From a virus, in the IMG/VR virus record IMGVR_UViG_3300027419_000019: a DNA stretch of 38,677 nucleotides; one strand, 5' to 3'. Positions 1 to 8,871 of this stretch are shown here, in pieces. Every line of letters starts with the position of its first letter. Positions within the stretch are counted from its first letter, which is position 1. The notes under the pieces were generated by a model, which worked only from the letters and a program-made list of their open reading frames with translations, had not been told where the DNA came from and made no database searches. A program made the position numbers and the translations under genes.

Positions 1-127
1 AACACAGTCGTGCCGAAATTTGCAATTGTGGTGTTGGTCACGCGCCACGCCGTGCCCCCATTGACCGTCCCCCCCGTTACGGCAATGCTCGCCCCGAGCG
101 CGAGTGCTGCTGATGTGAAATCTGCCG
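1..127. repeat. Terminal direct repeat, copy 1. It is identical to 38551-38677 and indicates a circular-assembly overlap or terminal redundancy.
   Basis: Read directly: 1-127 (aacacagtcgtgccgaaatt...gatgtgaaatctgccg) recurs base for base at 38551-38677. A minus-strand ORF is continuous across the junction. Confidence 0.95.
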
Positions 128-977
128 CACGATCGGGTGCACCCGATGCCTTCACGACATAGATCCCGTTGCCCCCGTCGGCTTGGTTCTTGACCAGGAT
201 GCGGTCGCCGGTCGCCATAGTTACACCATCGAGCGCCTGCCCGTTATACAGGTTTGCTAGCGTGACTGATGCAGTTGTGGCAGCAACCACAAGACCCTTC
301 CAGTTCCCCCCGGCATTTGCCACGGCCGCTGCGATCGCAGCCGCCACGTGGCCTTTGTTCGCGGCATCGGTGTCTGCATCGGGGTCAGCGACATCAGTGA
401 TTTTCATCGTGCCGGCGTTGATGCTCCCGTCGGCATTCGAGAAGGCCTTGCCCATCCGTGCACCAAGCCAGCCGCAGTCAGTCTCCGATCTCTTGTCGTG
501 GATGTCCGCCGTTTGGATCTGAGTCTCCCCTGCTGCGACATCAATGTCGGCAAGTCTTAATTCATGGACGTCGGTGCTTCTTGTCATGTCCGGGGCAACC
601 GGAGAGGCTGCCGCCACGCCTTTCTTCACTGCCAGAATCGCATCCCGATAGAGGTCTCCTGTGATCCGGAAGCGCACGACAACCGAGTCGATACGTGGGT
701 CGGCCTCCCCATTGTCGTCGATATCCAGTTCATACGTTGCGCTGTTCGAGAGCCATCGCCGGCCGCTGATCGCGACCCCTGCGGCCACGTTTACTTTCAT
801 TGCTGGGGACCCGAGCGCCGATACTGCGAGCTCACTGAGTATGCCGCTTACGACCCCTTCCCCGGGGAATCGCCATTTCTCATAAGCGTCATCAACTACA
901 TCGGTGTATGACCGGTCTGCTGGTGTCACTCCTGCAAGCGCTGCAAAGAATCCGAATGTTGGTTCAACGTTTACCAT
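1..977 (-). CDS. Tail fibre / receptor-binding protein, N-terminal part. The ORF starts at 977, runs off the window start and continues at 38550->38181, for about 448 aa in total.
   Basis: ATG at 977 lies 8 nt after the stop of the upstream tail gene, with AGGAGGT just upstream. Hand translation gives MVNVEPTFGFF... with no stop down to position 1. Fibre-type motifs are KITDVADPDADTDAANKGHV and GDRILVKNQADGGNGIYVV. The frame matches track ORF 38181..38591 through the repeat. Confidence 0.7.
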   Translation of the reverse strand, partial: MVNVEPTFGFFAALAGVTPADRSYTDVVDDAYEKWRFPGEGVVSGILSELAVSALGSPAMKVNVAAGVAISGRRWLSNSATYELDIDDNGEADPRIDSVVVRFRITGDLYRDAILAVKKGVAAASPVAPDMTRSTDVHELRLADIDVAAGETQIQTADIHDKRSETDCGWLGARMGKAFSNADGSINAGTMKITDVADPDADTDAANKGHVAAAIAAAVANAGGNWKGLVVAATTASVTLANLYNGQALDGVTMATGDRILVKNQADGGNGIYVVKASGAPDRAADFTSAALALGASIAVTGGTVNGGTAWRVTNTTIANFGTTV

Positions 978-985
978 TTCTCGTT

Positions 986-2155
986 CTACCTCCTGATTGT
1001 CTGCAAATACTGTTTCCTGTCTCTCCTCACGACATCGACAAGATCGGGTTTTTCGGAGCCGAGAGTGAGCTTGACCCGTTCGCCGCTCTCGGTGTACTCT
1101 TCATCAACCATGACGATCGTCGATATCGCCTCTACAACCTCATGCACCGTCAGGGTCTCGACATCGCGGATCTGGATCTTCGCGGTCACTTTGTCCCCGA
1201 GGTCAAAATCCGTGATGTACCGGAACGGCCCGAGCTCGTTGTACTCCGGTGTGATGGAGGTCTCCCCTGCATAGTCCATGAGCCGGGTCGCCCCATACTG
1301 GTCGATCTCATCGTTCGTCGAGTATGCCGAAGCGTCGATGAAAACCACCCTTCGCGAAATGCCGGTCGGGCTTGTGCCGTCATCCACGGTGCGGAAAGTG
1401 CGGGTGGTACCCTCTCCGGCCCCCCCCACAACTCCGACATTGCGGTAGTTCATGAGGTTGTGCTGGTACTCGGAGCCGCGGATCGACTGGAATGTTGTGG
1501 AGAGTTTTACCGTGGTCTTGTCGCGGGAGCTGCGGATCCTGAACGTGAGATCCCCCGGGTCTGCTGAGCTGTCATCGACAGGAGTGTATATCACATCCCA
1601 GCCAAGCGGGTCCGGGGTACCTGCTGCGCAGAGCTCGCTGATCGTCTCATCGAGATACTGGTTCCTGCCCTTGTACGGCGCTGAGAGCGTGCCGCCCCGT
1701 CCCCCATCAGCCTCAAGAGATAAGTTCGGGATGTTGTTGGCGGGGATGAACGAGTTGATGGCCTCGACATCCACGTAATGCCGACAGGCCGCCTCTCGGG
1801 TCACTGCGTCCTGCTCGTCAAACTCGGTCCCGAGGTCCTGATAGTTCTGGAGGATCCTCCGGTTCAGGATCGCGTTGGCATCCCGGCCCCGGAACTCCCA
1901 GATATCTTCATCGGGTTTGCTCCCTGTGGTGAGCTTAGGGAACTCGATCAGGCCGAACCGGTATTGTCCGCCCCGGTAGAACCCGATAAACCCGTCCTCG
2001 ATGAAGTAATTGGCGTTCGGCAGATGGGCATTGATCTGCAGGACCCACTCACCGAACCCGCGCCACCTGCGTTTCCAAGTCAGCGACTTGGCATTCTCGA
2101 CAACCCTGATCCGCTTGGAATTCGGATCATAAACATGGATCTGCGGTACTGCCAT
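986..2155 (-). CDS. Tail-tip / baseplate protein (siphovirus Gp37-like / Tal-position protein).
   Basis: 389-aa ORF between the Dit-like gene and the fibre gene. The N-terminus (HVYDPNSKRIRVVENAKSLTWKRRWRGFGEWVL…) resembles the siphovirus ReqiPepy6 Gp37-like family as I recall it. Gene order supports the call. Confidence 0.6.
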   Translation of the reverse strand: MAVPQIHVYDPNSKRIRVVENAKSLTWKRRWRGFGEWVLQINAHLPNANYFIEDGFIGFYRGGQYRFGLIEFPKLTTGSKPDEDIWEFRGRDANAILNRRILQNYQDLGTEFDEQDAVTREAACRHYVDVEAINSFIPANNIPNLSLEADGGRGGTLSAPYKGRNQYLDETISELCAAGTPDPLGWDVIYTPVDDSSADPGDLTFRIRSSRDKTTVKLSTTFQSIRGSEYQHNLMNYRNVGVVGGAGEGTTRTFRTVDDGTSPTGISRRVVFIDASAYSTNDEIDQYGATRLMDYAGETSITPEYNELGPFRYITDFDLGDKVTAKIQIRDVETLTVHEVVEAISTIVMVDEEYTESGERVKLTLGSEKPDLVDVVRRDRKQYLQTIRR

Positions 2156-2158
2156 CCA

Positions 2159-3097
2159 TCACACCGCCGAATGCCGTGGGATCCAGTACAGGATCATGCT
2201 GCTGCCGTCATTCGAGTCGTCGCTCTCGAACTTGATGCGGTTTGCCTCGTTGCCGATATACCCCTGGGCTTCATTCATGGCGAGCGCCCGATCGGATGAG
2301 ATCAACCAGAACCAGGTCGAGTCGATACTGGCATACTGGAATGCGTCCTCGATCAGGGCGTTCGTCGTGGCGTTCCGGATCTCGCAGGTGATATCCCCGA
2401 ATGTGGTCTCGATATAGAGCCTCTGCCCCGAAGTCAGCGTCTTGGTAATCTCGATGTATTCCCCGGTCGTGAGGTTCGTGATGGTGGGGTTGACCATCGG
2501 CCCGTCGATCTGGAGCCGGAACGGGCAGTCGAGGTCCCCATCGTTCAGGATGTTGTTAGTATCGGAGTATGTCCCGTACGTCCGCGGGTACACGATCGGG
2601 TAGCTCCACCCCGTCCTCGCAACGAAGGTCTGCGATTGTTCCGCCGTGTACCATGCCGGGGAGTGGGCAATGAGAGAGATGGTGAATCGCTGCCAGTAGT
2701 TGTCCAGCCCGGGGCCTGTGGAGGACCGGCTGTCCTTGTCGGCAGGGTACTGTGGCGAGCCCCGCTTGATCTTGCAGTCCAGAAAGAACGTCTCTGCGTC
2801 ATCGAGCACGACCTTGAGCGTGCCCGCTCCCGATGCTGGGGAGAATGCCCGGGAGATCGTGCGTAGCAGGGTCGCGAGTGCTGAAGCGGAAGCTGCATTC
2901 GCGATGAACGAGATCGTTACCGGGTCCCGTGCATCCAGGGGAGATGCGAGAACGGTTTCCCCATCCTGCTCAGGCACCCGGTCGGTTATGTGGTTTGCCG
3001 GGATGTTCCCGAGCACATCCGGCTGTGCTGCCGTGTAGGTTGGTGACGAGAAGACGATCTCCGTGCCGCCATTACCCGGGATCCATGAGACGATCAT
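2159..3097 (-). CDS. Distal tail protein (Dit-like).
   Basis: 312-aa ORF starting 2 nt after the tape-measure stop, which is the canonical Dit position. It is beta-rich. The call is mostly by synteny. Confidence 0.6.
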   Translation of the reverse strand: MIVSWIPGNGGTEIVFSSPTYTAAQPDVLGNIPANHITDRVPEQDGETVLASPLDARDPVTISFIANAASASALATLLRTISRAFSPASGAGTLKVVLDDAETFFLDCKIKRGSPQYPADKDSRSSTGPGLDNYWQRFTISLIAHSPAWYTAEQSQTFVARTGWSYPIVYPRTYGTYSDTNNILNDGDLDCPFRLQIDGPMVNPTITNLTTGEYIEITKTLTSGQRLYIETTFGDITCEIRNATTNALIEDAFQYASIDSTWFWLISSDRALAMNEAQGYIGNEANRIKFESDDSNDGSSMILYWIPRHSAV

Positions 3098-3099
3098 CG

Positions 3100-5145
3100 C
3101 TACATCCCCCTGGTGATCGCGGTGGTCCCGAGGCTCTCGTTCGTTGCGCTGACGAGTTTGGTGCTGATCCCCTGCTCGTTTTTCACATTCAGGGTGACGT
3201 CAACTTTGGCCTGCCCATTCTCCGATCCTCCGGACTTCTTGTTGCTCCCGGAGAATTGCACAGAGGAGAAATCGGCTGCTGCAAGCGTCGGGGCTTCCAC
3301 CGGTGTGAACGTCGGGGGGGTCCAGTCGGGGCCGTCCGCTGACATGATAACCTTATTCTGGATAATGGGGTTCTCTCCTGCAAAATTGATGCACGCGGCC
3401 ATGTAATCGAGTTCGGCCTGTGAGCGGATCAGGGAGGTTAAATTCATCATCTCGCTTGTTTTGAGATGAGAGATCCCGACACCTTCCCATCCGGTTTTGA
3501 CATGATCGAAAAGATCAGTCCACAAGTCTTTCTGCGTGCTGAGATTTCCCTTGAGATCGGCAGTCTGGTCGGCGGAGCCGGGGGTTGCGGTTGCTTTACC
3601 GGTGGCGGATGCTGTACCGGCGCCGGGCACCTTCCCGGATTTCATCATCGAAAGGTACTGCTGGGCTTTCTCCGCCATGCCCTTTGACTTCCCGAGCCCG
3701 CCTTTTGCGATCTCCTGGAGTTCAGCCTCCGACATCCCGGCAAGGTCGGAATACCCGGCCCAATCGGGACCGAGGCCGCCGGTCTGGAGGGAGCTGGCGA
3801 ACATGGAGTTGTAGGTCGGGCCGCCCGCTGCCGTAATCGCTGCGCCCTCTCCGGTGAGTTTGCTCTCCCACTCTGCGAGCTGATTCTGGTTTTTCTGAAT
3901 TGAGATTGTCAGCTCATCAATCTGGGTTTTGATCTTCTTCGCGGCATCAGAGCCACGATCGCCCATTTCCCGGTACTGCTTCTGCAGATCCTTGAGTTCC
4001 TTCTGCTGGCCCGGGATGGTGATCTTCGACATCTTCTCATAGTCGAGTTGCATGTCGCGGATCTGGAAAGCATCGAGCCCGGTTTTTGATGACGAACTGC
4101 CAAGGTCTGCGGGCAAAGACGAGCCTTTACTACCTGAGGTTGGTTTAACCCATTTCCCGGCTGTGGCATCCCAGATCATCCCCTCCGAATACCCGGAAGC
4201 ATCCAGGGCGTCCTCTCGCTGTTTGGAAGCAATCCACGCATAGAGATCCCTCTGACTCTCAGAAGCCCCTGCCACATCCCCATGGACTAACTTCCATGCC
4301 ACCTCTGCTTCGGCCCCCATGATGTGGAAGCCGCGTGCCGAGAGTGTTAAGAAATCATTCAGCGTTCCGAAGAACTCCTCGATCTCTGTCGATCCCGCGA
4401 CATCGTTCATGAGATCAGTCCATTCTGAGAATGACGGGGCAAGCTCGGAGCCTACAGTATAATTGATGTTCTGCAGGGTCGCATCGAGGTCTTTACATGC
4501 TCCTTCATATTCGCGGAGTTTCCGCTGTTGCTCATCGGTGAGCGTGTTGGCGGTGTTGTAGTACTGCTCAATCCCGTCTTTCCCGAGCGCGATGTATCCT
4601 GAGAGTTCCTGATACCCCTTGCCCACGAGGATATTGGAGGCGGTTACACGATCGGCGGATGAGGAGAGTTTGCCGAGGCCGTCGATCATCTGAGGGAAGA
4701 TCTCGGTTGCGGATTTCAGGCTGCCGTCAGCGTTTCGGTAACTGACGCCCATCGCGTCCAGGACCTTGCGGGCCTTCTCTCCCTGCTCCCCCTGGTCACG
4801 GAGGTTGAGCTGGAGCTTGTTGACCATTGTTGCGAGACTGGAGATATCGCTGTCCGCGTAACGGGCGACATTACTCATCCGCTGGAGTTCCTCGTTCGTC
4901 ATGCCGGTGGTGACACTCAGCTTGTCGATGGTACTGATGAACTGCGATGCCTGATTTGCGAGCTGGATGAACTGCTGCCCGTATGCCATCAGCTTGTCGA
5001 AGACAAACATGGTAGCGCCGAGGCTCACCGACACGTCGCGGTAGAACTTGAGGATCCCGCCGGAAGATTTTTCCAGCCCGCCCAGGAACTCAGATGCATC
5101 TAGTCCGAATTTGGCGAAGTATGTCAGCAGGCCGTCGTCAGCCAT
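3100..5145 (-). CDS. Tail tape measure protein.
   Basis: 681-aa ORF directly after the chaperone pair. It is long, helical and Q/A/G/S-rich. The N-terminal region (…LANQASQFISTIDKLSVTTGMTNEELQRMSNVARYADSDISSLATMVNKLQL…) is typical of TP901-type tape-measure cores. Confidence 0.85.
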   Translation of the reverse strand: MADDGLLTYFAKFGLDASEFLGGLEKSSGGILKFYRDVSVSLGATMFVFDKLMAYGQQFIQLANQASQFISTIDKLSVTTGMTNEELQRMSNVARYADSDISSLATMVNKLQLNLRDQGEQGEKARKVLDAMGVSYRNADGSLKSATEIFPQMIDGLGKLSSSADRVTASNILVGKGYQELSGYIALGKDGIEQYYNTANTLTDEQQRKLREYEGACKDLDATLQNINYTVGSELAPSFSEWTDLMNDVAGSTEIEEFFGTLNDFLTLSARGFHIMGAEAEVAWKLVHGDVAGASESQRDLYAWIASKQREDALDASGYSEGMIWDATAGKWVKPTSGSKGSSLPADLGSSSSKTGLDAFQIRDMQLDYEKMSKITIPGQQKELKDLQKQYREMGDRGSDAAKKIKTQIDELTISIQKNQNQLAEWESKLTGEGAAITAAGGPTYNSMFASSLQTGGLGPDWAGYSDLAGMSEAELQEIAKGGLGKSKGMAEKAQQYLSMMKSGKVPGAGTASATGKATATPGSADQTADLKGNLSTQKDLWTDLFDHVKTGWEGVGISHLKTSEMMNLTSLIRSQAELDYMAACINFAGENPIIQNKVIMSADGPDWTPPTFTPVEAPTLAAADFSSVQFSGSNKKSGGSENGQAKVDVTLNVKNEQGISTKLVSATNESLGTTAITRGM

Positions 5146-5464
5146 CGTTCCGTCCCCTGCCGATCCGCATCAGCTTACGCTCCAGTTCCGCCTCAGATCG
5201 TGCCTTCTTCGCTTTTCTCTCCCTGAAGATCATGAACTTCTCCGGATTCGCTTCTTTATCCCCTGCGCACGCCCTGATGTGGGCGATTACTGCCGCGTTC
5301 AGGGCATCATCCTGATCGCGGATGCGCTTCACCTCTGCAATACACCCCCGTGCCTTGGCGAAATACTCGCCCGGAGTCATCCGCCGGAACTGTTCCAGTG
5401 TCAGTCCGCAAAGACCGAGCGCAGTTTCTTCATTAGCCCGCTCGTAGGCTTCGCTGAGTTTTTT
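5138..5464 (-). CDS. -1 frame extension of the tail assembly chaperone (GT-like fusion product). Track ORF 5138..5380 is its 3' part.
   Basis: The frame of 5138..5380 is -1 relative to 5401..5877. My hand translation found it open from the heptamer at 5458-5464 (…KKLSEAYERANEETALGLCGLTLEQFRRMTPGEYF…) to the stop at 5138. It overlaps the tape-measure start by 8 nt. Confidence 0.65.
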   Translation of the reverse strand, partial: KKLSEAYERANEETALGLCGLTLEQFRRMTPGEYFAKARGCIAEVKRIRDQDDALNAAVIAHIRACAGDKEANPEKFMIFRERKAKKARSEAELERKLMRIGRGRNDG

Positions 5465-5877
5465 GGGAGTTCGCCGTCCGCCGGCTTGGCTTCCGGTGCC
5501 GGCTGTTCATCGTCTGACCTCTCCTTTTCCGGATCGCCCCGCCACTCCTGCGCAATCAGGGCCTTGTTGTAGTATCCGTAGAGCATCAGGATCCCGGTGG
5601 TGCCCGGGAAGACCCGGCAGAACTTCTTCACGTACTGGAATGCGGGTTCGAGGCCGGTCTCATCTTGCGGGAAGATGTAGACCAGTTCTTTGCCGTCCTT
5701 CGATCTCTTCCTGAGCCCCCGGTGCAGGAACTTCGCGGCGTTCTCGTACGTCATGTTCTGCGCATGGAATGCTACGAACATCGACAGCGACCGCTCGATC
5801 TCCCTCAGGTCTTCATCCTGCAGCCGGAAAAGATAGGTATGGCCGTCGATCTCAATCGGCAGTGCGTCTTCGGTCAC
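5401..5877 (-). CDS. Tail assembly chaperone (G-like, 0-frame product).
   Basis: 158-aa ORF between the major tail protein and the tape measure. It has an acidic C-terminal region and contains the slippery heptamer near its 3' end. Confidence 0.75.
   Translation of the reverse strand: MTEDALPIEIDGHTYLFRLQDEDLREIERSLSMFVAFHAQNMTYENAAKFLHRGLRKRSKDGKELVYIFPQDETGLEPAFQYVKKFCRVFPGTTGILMLYGYYNKALIAQEWRGDPEKERSDDEQPAPEAKPADGELPKNSAKPTSGLMKKLRSVFAD
5458..5464 (-). promoter_or_regulatory. Programmed -1 ribosomal frameshift slippery heptamer A_AAA_AAC.
   Basis: The minus strand reads CTC CCA AAA AAC TCA (…ELPKNS…), giving an X_XXY_YYZ heptamer about 19 codons before the G stop. Confidence 0.6.
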
Positions 5878-5894
5878 TCAGTACCCACTCCGGA

Positions 5895-6641
5895 TTATGT
5901 CGGGCTGGCGACCGTGCCGTGCGTGACCCGGACCCAGTACACCTTCGGGACCTTGGCTGACTCCCAGACCACGATCGGAATGTTGGTGATGCTGCCGGTT
6001 GCCGTGCCGATGGTGATTGCGGCGGACGCCGCACCTGAGACAACGATCGTGCCGTTCACGTAGATCGTGCCGGCAGCTGCGGTCGGGGTGATCTTGATGC
6101 CCGTGTCATCGCTGAAGCTCGTCACGAAGTACTCATCAATGCCGGCACCTGCGGTCGGGGTGAAGTTCGTGATCGACTCGTCCGCCTGGTTCTTGAACGT
6201 GATCCAGGGAGTTGTCAGGCCGCCCGACACGGTGCTGACCCGGGTTACCTTGGTCTGCGGGGTGACGGTGACGGTGATCTGGTGCCCCTCCTTCAGAGGG
6301 ATCTTTTCCTCGGAGCTCTTGATAAACCCGGAGAATGAGATTGACCTTCCGGCTGTCGGGAGCACGAACGTCCAGAGATCGGTTGCACGGTCGTACACAT
6401 CTTCAAGGAGATCATCATGCGCCGTGATAGCGAGATAGTTCAGCGTGAACTTCGCTTCTCCCATCTTGATCCAACCGGCAATGACCTGCTCGATCATATC
6501 CGGGCTGTCGTAGCTCGTTGCATCGATTTCCCCAACCGTGGGGGTCGGAACGGTCACATCGACCAGTTCCCCGATCAGCGTGGTGTTCCGGATCACGGAA
6601 ACGTGCTGCTCAACTGTTTTCTGTTCTGTCGTTTCAATCAC
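5895..6641 (-). CDS. Major tail protein with a C-terminal Ig/cadherin-like beta module.
   Basis: 248-aa ORF immediately upstream of the chaperone pair. The C-terminal half (…YFVTSFSDDTGIKITPTAAAGTIYVNGTIVVSG…VYWVRVTHG) looks like a beta-sandwich display domain. Confidence 0.7.
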   Translation of the reverse strand: MIETTEQKTVEQHVSVIRNTTLIGELVDVTVPTPTVGEIDATSYDSPDMIEQVIAGWIKMGEAKFTLNYLAITAHDDLLEDVYDRATDLWTFVLPTAGRSISFSGFIKSSEEKIPLKEGHQITVTVTPQTKVTRVSTVSGGLTTPWITFKNQADESITNFTPTAGAGIDEYFVTSFSDDTGIKITPTAAAGTIYVNGTIVVSGAASAAITIGTATGSITNIPIVVWESAKVPKVYWVRVTHGTVASPT

Positions 6642-6644
6642 CTT

Positions 6645-7055
6645 CTAGTAAGCATAAGCAATCCTGAAGTCCCGGTGTCGCATGTAGACCTTCGCTTCAG
6701 CGTTCACATCCGGGTCTGCCCCGGCATCTTCGATACTTGTTACCCTGAGGTAGTCGGTCCCTGCCGGCAGGAGTGCGAGCCCGCAGGGGACCTTCTTCTT
6801 CAGGAGCTGGGAGAGGGCCTCGGCTGCCGGATCAGTGCTGGCAAATACCGAGACCTGCACCCGAGCGTGCCCGTTGTCGCTGGATGATGTGCAGGCATCC
6901 CCGATGTCCGAGATCGTGCCAGGAAGCATAATGTAGGGCAGCGTCGGGGAGACCGGGACATCACCGATACGATACACCCTTGTTCCGACAATGGCGGAGA
7001 TCTCCGCGATGCCCTTGATCCTGGTCTGCATGGCGATAACCGGGTCAGCCATCAT
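6645..7055 (-). CDS. Tail completion / tail terminator protein (DUF3168-like).
   Basis: MMADPVIAMQTRIKGIAEISAIVGTRVYRIGDVP…LPYIML resembles gp17/DUF3168-type proteins. The ATG at 7055 forms an ATGA overlap with the upstream stop. The track ORF extends to 7112. Confidence 0.65.
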   Translation of the reverse strand: MMADPVIAMQTRIKGIAEISAIVGTRVYRIGDVPVSPTLPYIMLPGTISDIGDACTSSSDNGHARVQVSVFASTDPAAEALSQLLKKKVPCGLALLPAGTDYLRVTSIEDAGADPDVNAEAKVYMRHRDFRIAYAY

Positions 7056-7498
7056 ACCCTCCCGGAGAGTTCGGTCTGGTAGAACTGTGCCGTGGCAACA
7101 TCGCGGTCCCACTGCTCGCGGTTGAAGAGGCCCTTTGCCATTCTCTCGTACTTTGCGAGATTGCGGTCAAATGCGGGCCTCCAGCGTGGCTGCGGGGCCT
7201 GGTTGTAGAGCCGGCCGAGCGAGTCCCTGCCGACAAAGCCTTTCTCAAGCCTGCGGGCCTGTGGCTGGTCGGTTCCTACGTAGGCGACCATCGCGGTTCC
7301 TTCCTGCACGACTTCTACATGCACGGAGCGCCGGAGGGTGCCGGTTTTGTAATGGATGATCACCTGTACATCGTTCTTGTACTCGTTCGCTGCGAGTTTC
7401 ACTACGGCTGCCTCGTTCTTCTTCACATTCTCTCCGATGCGCTGAACGTCCTTGCTCATGCGGTTGAGGCAGGAGAAGTCGAACGAGAACCCGGCCAT
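7052..7498 (-). CDS. HK97 gp10-like neck / tail-attachment protein.
   Basis: MAGFSFDFS…VVKLAANEYKNDVQVIIHYKTGTLRRSVHVEV…VGTDQPQARRLEKGF matches the HK97 gp10 family pattern. The start at 7498 forms a TGATG overlap. The track ORF extends to 7540. Confidence 0.7.
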   Translation of the reverse strand: MAGFSFDFSCLNRMSKDVQRIGENVKKNEAAVVKLAANEYKNDVQVIIHYKTGTLRRSVHVEVVQEGTAMVAYVGTDQPQARRLEKGFVGRDSLGRLYNQAPQPRWRPAFDRNLAKYERMAKGLFNREQWDRDVATAQFYQTELSGRV

Positions 7499-7803
7499 CA
7501 GATCATCACCTTCACGATCACCGGTACAACATAGACGCATACCAGGGCCGCTGATATCGAGAAGCAGGTCAATACTGCTACAACCCGGCCCAGCGTTGTG
7601 TCAAGGAATGAGATCACGGCCGTCTCACCTTCGTGCTTTCTCTCGATAGCAGTGAGACGCCCGCAGATACCTCCCTGGCCGTCTTCTCCATAAAGGGCCT
7701 TTTTGAATGCCGAGTTATCATCGGCCATACGGTCCATCTTTTCATCGAGCCGGATCAGGAGGTCGTGATCTGAGAGGTCCTCTCTGTTTGGTGAGGGGGA
7801 CAT
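7498..7803 (-). CDS. Small C-terminally membrane-anchored protein of unknown function.
   Basis: About 101 aa. It has a charged N-terminal region and ends in one hydrophobic helix (VVAVLTCFSISAALVCVYVVPVIVKVMI). It is packed between the head-closure-like and gp10-like genes. Confidence 0.55.
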   Translation of the reverse strand: MSPSPNREDLSDHDLLIRLDEKMDRMADDNSAFKKALYGEDGQGGICGRLTAIERKHEGETAVISFLDTTLGRVVAVLTCFSISAALVCVYVVPVIVKVMI

Positions 7804-7805
7804 TT

Positions 7806-8411
7806 TCACGCACCCGCCTTGGCGAGATCGCATTCCCAATGATGCAGGACCCCGCCCGGCCCGTCTTTCCGTTCCGGCAATCCGAGTGTCCAGGTCCCGA
7901 CAATGCCCGCGGTCGTGCTGATAATCTCGTCTTCCATCACTGGCGTTATTGTTGCCGGCAGCAGGACCCGGTCTGTTGAGACAATCGTGAGCGCTTGACC
8001 TGATGACCGAACCACGGCTTTGCGGTTGTAGAACTTGCAGGCCGTGGTGGTGTCAACATCTGTATTGACAAGCCCGCCATTGGTGTCGAAGGCGTCCGCG
8101 ATCGTGCCGTTGACCTTCGCGGACCCCGGGATCGTGCCGTTGTCGGCAATGGTCTCGTTGTCCTGGAACGTGCCGGTGATGGTGTGCAGGGCAAGGGTGA
8201 GTGCCGGTACGATATACGCGGCCGTGCCGTCCGGGTGGTAGATCTGCGTGCCAGGAATCCCGACAATGATGGCGGTGGCGTGACTGGTGGCGCCGGTGAG
8301 GGTCTTGCCGACCGTGAATGCTGCGGTGAGGGTGTCGTAGGCCAAAAGCATGTGCTGGCGCTTGCCGCGGAGGGTGCAGGTGTGGGGGGTGGCTTTTGCG
8401 GGGAGGGGCAT
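7806..8411 (-). CDS. Head-closure / head-tail adaptor-like protein with an extended N-terminal domain.
   Basis: 201-aa ORF after the gp6-like connector gene. The C-terminal segment (…KFYNRKAVVRSSGQ…VLLPATITPVMEDEII…GVLHHWECDL) resembles head-closure proteins. Confidence 0.5.
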   Translation of the reverse strand: MPLPAKATPHTCTLRGKRQHMLLAYDTLTAAFTVGKTLTGATSHATAIIVGIPGTQIYHPDGTAAYIVPALTLALHTITGTFQDNETIADNGTIPGSAKVNGTIADAFDTNGGLVNTDVDTTTACKFYNRKAVVRSSGQALTIVSTDRVLLPATITPVMEDEIISTTAGIVGTWTLGLPERKDGPGGVLHHWECDLAKAGA

Positions 8412-8414
8412 GAT

Positions 8415-8855
8415 CTACTCTCCCTCCACATAGAACGACGGGTTGTCGGTCTGATCGAGTTTGAAGTCACTCATCACCGCATCGCAGCGGGTGATACTTG
8501 CCTCGTCGTCCTCGACCGCTCCCTGCAGGCTCTTCGCATAATCGGAGATGATTTGCCAGGCCTGCTCCTCGAAGTACTTCGCGGCCCCGAGTGTATCGGC
8601 CGATCCGCTTTGCGAGTAGTCCCCGGATGAGAAACCTGTGGGGTTCTCTCCGGTGAGGTGGAACCGCGATGCTACGGCCGACCGGACAAGAAAGATAGAA
8701 GCCTGTTTTGCAGTGTCCGTATCAACGGAGATCCTTAACCGTGCAAACCGCTTGTCGACCTTCTTGTCGGCGTCGGCGATCATGTACCCGAGATCGGCAT
8801 CCGATACCGTACTGCCTACATAGACTTTCACGTCTGCTGCGGTGCAGTATACCAT
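8415..8855 (-). CDS. Head-tail connector protein (gp6-like / Phage_connect_1-like).
   Basis: MVYCTAADVKVYVGSTVSDADLGYMIADADKKVDKRFARL… is the typical N-terminal pattern of gp6-like connector proteins. The position after the capsid genes agrees. Confidence 0.65.
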   Translation of the reverse strand: MVYCTAADVKVYVGSTVSDADLGYMIADADKKVDKRFARLRISVDTDTAKQASIFLVRSAVASRFHLTGENPTGFSSGDYSQSGSADTLGAAKYFEEQAWQIISDYAKSLQGAVEDDEASITRCDAVMSDFKLDQTDNPSFYVEGE

Positions 8856-8871
8856 GATTGCCCCGAGCCCC

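Noticed and set aside
1-127. The 127-nt terminal duplication considered as a biological direct terminal repeat or LTR-like element.
   Set aside because: The exact identity, a length equal to a common assembler k-mer, and an ORF reading through the junction all favour a circular-assembly overlap. It cannot be settled without reads.
7946-8470. 174-aa Pro/Arg/Ser/Thr-rich minus-strand ORF overlapping the head-closure-like gene.
   Set aside because: It is a low-complexity alternative frame of 7806-8411 and 8415-8855, with no room for it in the compact gene order.
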